Assembly (NCBI GenBank): GCA_043802105.1
Contig: JAZDLL010000014.1
Coordinates: 1 to 48,275, forward strand
From: Candidatus Omnitrophota bacterium
GTDB lineage: Bacteria > Omnitrophota > Gorgyraeia > Gygaellales > Profunditerraquicolaceae
Length of the DNA stretch: 48,275 nt
Direction of reading: 5' to 3'
Under the pieces are notes generated by a model. It searched no databases, was not told the DNA's origin, and worked only from the letters and a program-made list of their open reading frames with translations. Position numbers and translations under genes: made by a program. Positions 43,554 to 48,275 of this stretch are shown here, in pieces (the first letter of the stretch is position 1; every line of letters begins with the position of its first letter).

Positions 43554-44603
43554 TTATAAATTTTTAACTACCAGGTCCCCGACTTCAGTAGTAGAGTAAC
43601 CCATTTTGCCGGCAGCCAGCGATTTTAAGTCTTTATTTACAATCCCGATTACCGCTTTTTCAATGGCTTGGGCTGCTTTTACCTCGCCTAAATTTTCCAG
43701 CATCATTCCGGCAGCGCAAATCGCAGCCAAAGGGTTAATTACATTTTTACCGGTATATTTCGGAGCGCTTCCACCGATGGGCTCAAACATGGAGACACCG
43801 TGCGGATTAATATTTCCTCCGGCAGCGATACCCATCCCACCCTGAATCATTGCCCCTAAATCCGTAATAATATCCCCAAATAAATTGTCTGTAACAATTA
43901 CATCAAACCATTCCGGATTCTTCACAAACCACATGGTGGTCGCATCAACATGGGCATAATCCGTGGTGACATCCGGATATTCCTTGGCTACTTCGTTAAA
44001 TGTCCGCTGCCAGAGATCCCAGGCATAAGTCAATACATTGGTTTTACCGCAAAGAGTCAGCTTTTTCTTTTTATTGCGCTGACGGGCACACTCAAAGGCG
44101 TAACGGATACAACGCTCCACTCCCTTGCGCGTATTATAAGAAATCTGAATCGCCACCTCTTGCGCCGTTCCCTTATCCTTAAACTCCCCCATACCTTTAT
44201 ATAGCCCTTCGGAATTCTCACGCACTACCACAAAATCAATATCTTCCGGCCGCTTGTCTTTTAAAGGGCAATACGCAGAGTTATAAAGCTTAACCGGCCG
44301 CAGGTTGATATACTGATCAAGAGCAAACCTTAGCTTAAGCAATACTCCTGTTTCGATAATCCCGGGTTTTACATCAGGATCCCCCACCGCACCGAGATAA
44401 ATGGCATTATATTTCTTTAATTCCTCAACATCATTGTCATCGACAAGCTTGCCAGTCTTCAAATACCGCTTACCGCTGAAATCAAAACTCTTAGTCTCAT
44501 ATTTAAAACCGAATTTTTTACCGGCAACTGCCAAAACTTTTAAACCTTCATTAACTACTTCTGGTCCGGTACCGTCACCCGGTATTACTGCGATTTTGTA
44601 CAT
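43554..44603 (-). CDS. leuB: 3-isopropylmalate dehydrogenase family (isocitrate/isopropylmalate/tartrate dehydrogenase superfamily)
   Basis: [33 protein letters not shown] and [13 protein letters not shown] trimmed the start to the ATG at 44603; the track start at 44615 is TTG. The leuB assignment rests on the leuCD context. Confidence 0.8.
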   Translation of the reverse strand: MYKIAVIPGDGTGPEVVNEGLKVLAVAGKKFGFKYETKSFDFSGKRYLKTGKLVDDNDVEELKKYNAIYLGAVGDPDVKPGIIETGVLLKLRFALDQYINLRPVKLYNSAYCPLKDKRPEDIDFVVVRENSEGLYKGMGEFKDKGTAQEVAIQISYNTRKGVERCIRYAFECARQRNKKKKLTLCGKTNVLTYAWDLWQRTFNEVAKEYPDVTTDYAHVDATTMWFVKNPEWFDVIVTDNLFGDIITDLGAMIQGGMGIAAGGNINPHGVSMFEPIGGSAPKYTGKNVINPLAAICAAGMMLENLGEVKAAQAIEKAVIGIVNKDLKSLAAGKMGYSTTEVGDLVVKNL

Positions 44604-45079
44604 TTTTTCACCCAATTAATTAGGCCTCCACTTTGGACAATTTGTTGTAAAAATTCCGGAAAAGCTTGTGTTTTATAATCTTTATCCTGCGTCAAATTTT
44701 TAATTACTCCGCTGGTCAGGTCAATCTCAATCAGATCACCATGATTAATTTTATCTACATCAGCCGACTCTAAAAACGGCAAGCCGATATTGATGGCATT
44801 TCTAAAAAAAATAGCCGCAAAACTCTTGGCAATTACCGCAGAAACTCCGCAGCCCTTAATCGCCAAAGGCGCGTGCTCCCGGCTTGAACCGCAGCCAAAG
44901 TTCCTGCCGGCCACAATTATATCGCCCCGGCTAACCGCCTGAGAAAAATCTGGGCTAATCGTTTCCATACAATGTTTGCCCAATTCCTGCGCATCGGTAG
45001 AAACTAAATATTTAGCCGCAATAATATCATCGGTATTAATATCGTCACTAAATTTATGGACCTTACCTTTAATGATCAT
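44585..45079 (-). CDS. leuD: 3-isopropylmalate dehydratase small subunit (short, type-2 LeuD)
   Basis: 164 aa with [11 protein letters not shown] and [16 protein letters not shown] blocks. Confidence 0.88.
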   Translation of the reverse strand: MIIKGKVHKFSDDINTDDIIAAKYLVSTDAQELGKHCMETISPDFSQAVSRGDIIVAGRNFGCGSSREHAPLAIKGCGVSAVIAKSFAAIFFRNAINIGLPFLESADVDKINHGDLIEIDLTSGVIKNLTQDKDYKTQAFPEFLQQIVQSGGLINWVKKCTKSQ

Positions 45080-46335
45080 TTTATCCGTCCCGGATGCGTA
45101 ATTTTACCGGTAATTGCGCTAGCGGCGGCCACTGCCGGATTAGATAAATAGACAAAAGATTTAGGGCTGCCCATGCGCCCTAGAAAATTCCTATTGGTGG
45201 TAGCAATGGCCACCTCGCCTTCAGTTAAAATCCCCATATGCCCGCCAAGACAGGGCCCGCAAGTGGGTGTCGAAAAAACGCCTCCGGCCTTAACAAAAAT
45301 TTCCGCCAACCCTTCTTTGACTGCTTGCAAATAAATTTTTTGCGTAGCCGGAAATACAATTAATTTTACTCCGCGCGCCGCTTGCTTACCTTTAAGCAAA
45401 GAAGCCGCGATACGCAAATCCGAAATCCGGCCATTAGTACATGAGCCGATTACTACCTGATCAACTTTTATATCTTTGAGGCTACTGGCCGGCTTAACGT
45501 TACTGGGAAGATGCGGGCAAGCCACCAAAGGCTCCAGTCCCGTAACATCCCATGCATAGGTTTTTTCATAGGAGGCGTCAGGATCGGAGTAATAAAACTT
45601 AGGCTTACGTTTAAACCCGGCGACAAATTTTTTTGTAATTGCGTCCGGCTCAATTAATCCGGCGCGCGCTCCGGCTTCAATGGCCATATTACACATCGAA
45701 AAACGCCCGTCCATGCTTAATTTCTTAATTACCGGGCCGCAAAACTCCATGGCTTTATATAATGCGCCGTCTACGCCAATCTGGCCAATAGTAAAAAGAA
45801 TCAGGTCTTTACCGCCGACCCATTTATTCAGCTTGCCTTTATAGGTAAATTTATGCGTGGCCGGGACCTTCAACCAGCACTTACCATCAATATATGCCCG
45901 GGCCAGATCCGTAGACCCCATTCCGGTAGCATAAGCGCCCAGGGCTCCGTAAGTGCAAGTGTGGGAATCGGCGCCAATGATTAAATCCCCCGGCATGACA
46001 ATTCCGGCTTCCGGCAGGAGCGCATGTTCAATTCCCATCTGCCCGACTTCAAAATAATTTTTTATCTTCTGCTCTTTGGCAAAATCCGCCAGAATTTTAC
46101 ATTGATTGGCGCTTTTGAGGTCTTTAGCCGGAGCAAAATGGTCCGGAACCAAAACAATCTTATTTTTATTAAAAACTTGCGCAAAACCCGATTTTTTAAA
46201 TTCGGCAATCGCCAAAGGAGCAGTAATATCATTAGCCAAAGCCACATCCACATCCGCCTGGATAAACTCCCCCGGCTTAATGGTTTTCTGGCCGCAATGC
46301 GCTAATAGTATTTTTTCGGCAATGGTATAACTCAT
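45076..46335 (-). CDS. leuC: 3-isopropylmalate dehydratase large subunit (type-2 LeuC / aconitase family)
   Basis: TIAEKILLAH, GADSHTCTYGA, VIGSCTNGR and the Fe-S ligand block TPTCGPCLG. 419 aa. Confidence 0.9.
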   Translation of the reverse strand: MSYTIAEKILLAHCGQKTIKPGEFIQADVDVALANDITAPLAIAEFKKSGFAQVFNKNKIVLVPDHFAPAKDLKSANQCKILADFAKEQKIKNYFEVGQMGIEHALLPEAGIVMPGDLIIGADSHTCTYGALGAYATGMGSTDLARAYIDGKCWLKVPATHKFTYKGKLNKWVGGKDLILFTIGQIGVDGALYKAMEFCGPVIKKLSMDGRFSMCNMAIEAGARAGLIEPDAITKKFVAGFKRKPKFYYSDPDASYEKTYAWDVTGLEPLVACPHLPSNVKPASSLKDIKVDQVVIGSCTNGRISDLRIAASLLKGKQAARGVKLIVFPATQKIYLQAVKEGLAEIFVKAGGVFSTPTCGPCLGGHMGILTEGEVAIATTNRNFLGRMGSPKSFVYLSNPAVAAASAITGKITHPGRIK

Positions 46336-46341
46336 GAGGAT

Positions 46342-47583
46342 TTATTTAAACTTCTTTACAATAAGAGAGGCATTGTGTCCGCCAAACCCGAGAGAGTTGG
46401 ACATGCAGGCGCTAACTTGCGTCTTACGCGCGATATTGGGCACGTAATCCAAATCACAATCCGGATCAGGATGATCATAATTAATGGTAGGAGGAACAAC
46501 TCCGTCTTTAATTGCCAAACAACAAGCCACAAACTCTACTCCTCCGGCCGCACCTAAAAGATGCCCGGTCACCGATTTTGTCGAAGAAACCATCACCTTC
46601 TTACTATATTTTCCAAATGCCTTTTTCATGGATAAAGTTTCGATTTTATCATTAAGTTTAGTAGAAGTTCCATGTGCATTTATATAAGTGATTTGCTCCG
46701 GGTTCATCTGTGCGTCTTTCAAGGCCGCCGTCATCGCCGCCGCCGCCCCCGCTCCATCAGGATCAGGCGCAGTGATATGGTAAGCGTCACAGGTCATGCC
46801 AAAACCAACGATCTCGGCAATAATATTAGCCTTTCTTTTTTGCGCATGCTCTAAGGTTTCTAGAATCACCAAACCGCATCCTTCAGCCATCACAAAACCA
46901 TCACGGTCCCGTTCAAACGGCCGGCTGGCCTTTTCCGGAGCGTCATTCCTGGTGGTAAGTGCTCTTAAAGCGCAGAAACCACCCACCGCAGTCGGAACAA
47001 CACAGGCTTCAGTACCTCCGGCAACCATTAAATCGGCATCCCCGTAAAGAATAGCCCGGTAAGCGTCCCCGATAGCGTGAGAACCTGAAGCGCAAGCAGT
47101 AGCCACGCAGGTATTCGGGCCCCTTAACCCATGAACAATCGCCACCAAACCTGCGGCTTCATTTACGATCAGCATAGGAATAAGAAACGGTGAAAGCCTG
47201 GAAGGCCCCTTGTTCAGCAAAATTTTATGCTCTTCTTCAATCGTATGCAAACTACCTATACCGGAACCGATAATTACGCCGATGCGATCTCTATTTTCCT
47301 GATCTAAATTAAGCCCGGAAGAGGCAACTGCCTGCTTAGCAGCAGCTACGGCATATTGCGCAAATTTGGCCGTACGTTTAATTTCTTTAAGAGAAATTCC
47401 GTGCTGGGTAGGGTCAAAATTTTTTATTTCTGCGGCAATCTTGGAATCGAAAGCTGACGCATCAAAGCTGGTGGTTAATGCAGTTGCGCTTTTACCCTCT
47501 TTTAGGGACTCCCAGAAACTGGCAACATCATTGCCCACCGGACTAATTATTCCTAAACCCGTGATCACGACTCTCTTTTTCAT
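46342..47583 (-). CDS. fabF: Beta-ketoacyl-ACP synthase II
   Basis: RVVITGLGIISPVGN, the active-site Cys in TACASGSHAIG, INAHGTSTKLND and SLGFGGHNASL. Confidence 0.95.
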   Translation of the reverse strand: MKKRVVITGLGIISPVGNDVASFWESLKEGKSATALTTSFDASAFDSKIAAEIKNFDPTQHGISLKEIKRTAKFAQYAVAAAKQAVASSGLNLDQENRDRIGVIIGSGIGSLHTIEEEHKILLNKGPSRLSPFLIPMLIVNEAAGLVAIVHGLRGPNTCVATACASGSHAIGDAYRAILYGDADLMVAGGTEACVVPTAVGGFCALRALTTRNDAPEKASRPFERDRDGFVMAEGCGLVILETLEHAQKRKANIIAEIVGFGMTCDAYHITAPDPDGAGAAAAMTAALKDAQMNPEQITYINAHGTSTKLNDKIETLSMKKAFGKYSKKVMVSSTKSVTGHLLGAAGGVEFVACCLAIKDGVVPPTINYDHPDPDCDLDYVPNIARKTQVSACMSNSLGFGGHNASLIVKKFK

Positions 47584-47600
47584 AGTTAGACTAATATAAA

Positions 47601-47632
47601 TTTACCCCGCAAAAGCTAAATTGCGGGGTAAA
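47601..47632 (-). terminator. Stem-loop between acpP and fabF (partial terminator or processing hairpin)
   Basis: The minus strand reads TTTACCCCGCAA-TTTAGCTT-TTGCGGGGTAAA followed by TTTATATT. It is a 12-bp stem with only a weak U-tract. Confidence 0.5.
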
Positions 47633-47657
47633 TTGATTATTTGCTATTAATTATATC

Positions 47658-47894
47658 TTATTTGGTGCTTTTTTCATCAATATACTTGATGGCATCGCCA
47701 ACAGTAGCGATCTTTTCCGCGTCCTCATCAGGAATCTCAATACCAAATTCTTCCTCTAAGGCCATAACTAACTCCACGGTATCTAAGGAATCCGCCCCTA
47801 GGTCATCCACAAATGACGCCTCAGGAGTTACCTCTTCGGGTTTTACACCCAACTGTTCAGCAATAATTGATTTTACTTTCTCTTGTGATGCCAT
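47658..47894 (-). CDS. acpP: Acyl carrier protein
   Basis: [17 protein letters not shown]...[33 protein letters not shown], with DSLD as the phosphopantetheine site. The start is trimmed to the ATG at 47894, preceded by AAGGAGGATAAAAGA. The 23-aa extension in the track reads through repeat A3. Confidence 0.95.
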   Translation of the reverse strand: MASQEKVKSIIAEQLGVKPEEVTPEASFVDDLGADSLDTVELVMALEEEFGIEIPDEDAEKIATVGDAIKYIDEKSTK

Positions 47895-47916
47895 TCTTTT
47901 ATCCTCCTTGTGTACG

Positions 47917-48000
47917 GACACAACACCGGCGCAATTTTCGCCACGTGGCGAACGCTGGCCCAATACCTATCTGGGCCAAGCGCCTTAGCGCCGGGTGCCT
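47917..48000 (+). repeat. Family A element, copy A3 (expanded version)
   Basis: GGACACAACACCGGCGCAATT-[TTCGCCACGTGGCGAA][GCTGGCCCA-ATACCTATC-TGGGCCAAGC]-CTTAGCGCCGGGTGCCT. The base stem matches A2, with two extra hairpins inserted in the loop. Confidence 0.6.
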
Positions 48001-48053
48001 TTGCCCATCATATAAAATCCGAAAATATTAACAACCCAAGGCGGACCACGCAT

Positions 48054-48086
48054 AAAAAAAACCCCTATGCCAACTGCATAAGGGTT
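48054..48086 (-). terminator. Intrinsic terminator forming the expression platform of the TPP riboswitch
   Basis: The minus strand reads AACCCUUAUGC-AGUUG-GCAUAGGGG-UUUUUUUU, a 9-bp stem with one G-U pair followed by eight U. Confidence 0.7.
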
Positions 48087-48099
48087 AAAATGACTACAC

Positions 48100-48192
48100 A
48101 TCTTTTCCTCCGCTGGCATTATCCAGATCAGGTGATTAGGGTAATCTGCTCATTACGCAGAACTCTCAGGCCGCTTTAGCGACCTCCCCACT
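48100..48192 (-). promoter_or_regulatory. TPP (THI-box) riboswitch aptamer
   Basis: The minus strand reads AGUGGGGAGGUCGCUAAAGCGGCCUGAGAGUUCUGCGUAAUGAGCAGAUUACCCUAAUCACCUGAUCUGGAUAAUGCCAGCGGAGGAAAAG. It contains GGGG...CUGAGA...ACCC and the near-invariant ACCUGAUCUGGAUAAUGCCAGCG.AGG.AA block. P3 (GGUCGC/GCGGCC) and a P3a insert (UCUGC/GCAGA) are both base-paired. Confidence 0.9.
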
Positions 48193-48206
48193 AATTTATT
48201 TTCTGT

Positions 48207-48235
48207 ATTAAACCATGATTACCAATAATTGTCAA
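48207..48235 (-). promoter_or_regulatory. Sigma70-like promoter driving the TPP riboswitch
   Basis: The minus strand has TTGACA (48235-48230), a 17-nt spacer and TTTAAT (48212-48207). The aptamer begins about 15 nt downstream. Confidence 0.55.
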
Positions 48236-48275
48236 TAACCAACTAAAAACTAACGCAATATGGCAAAATGAAGTA

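Noticed and set aside
47895-47963. A 23-aa N-terminal extension of the acpP ORF in the track ([23 protein letters not shown]).
   Set aside because: The extension is a read-through of repeat A3. A canonical ACP N-terminus (MASQEKV) with a perfect AAGGAGG RBS starts at 47894.
47985-48053. A 22-codon ORF (MRGPPWVVNIFGFYMMGKGTRR) starting right after the riboswitch terminator U-tract.
   Set aside because: It is too short, has no homology I recognise, and its 3' part is encoded by repeat A3. It is mentioned only as an alternative target of the riboswitch and is not annotated.

Overview
AT-rich bacterial chromosomal segment. Every gene I can support (about 54 CDS, one tRNA, one riboswitch) lies on the minus strand, mostly with abutting or overlapping stop and start codons. 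Reading 5'->3' along the minus strand: a TPP riboswitch, then acpP-fabF-leuCDB-asd-truA; rplM-rpsI; a long biosynthetic string argCJBDFGH-lysA-dapFAB-dapL-folK-panC-nadX; a small Lys-rich repeat protein; a GT39-like membrane glycosyltransferase; uvrA; a large TPR protein. Next comes a type IV pilus / T2SS-like locus: wHTH, PilX-like, Xis-type HTH, PilM-PilN fusion, PilO, PilP-like, secretin, PilB, PilC, two tandem major pilins, three further pseudopilins and a TPR protein. After it come three small cassette-like genes, tRNA-Ala(CGC), a Memo-AMMECR1 fusion, rsmE, mtaB, a thioesterase, a nitroreductase, a small membrane protein and a truncated GT2. I see no transposase, integrase, CRISPR array or rRNA. 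Plus-strand ORFs in the track look like antisense shadows. Three things are not explained by ordinary annotation. (1) The TPP riboswitch has its own promoter and terminator but no thiamine gene; the next gene is acpP. (2) At least three families of short GC-rich hairpin elements are dispersed in the intergenic gaps of the big operons, each with conserved sequence around stems that vary or covary. (3) An unclassified GC-rich island of about 180 nt sits between the rpsI terminator and the arg promoter. All alignments and folds were done by eye, and lineage cannot be assigned from this window alone.
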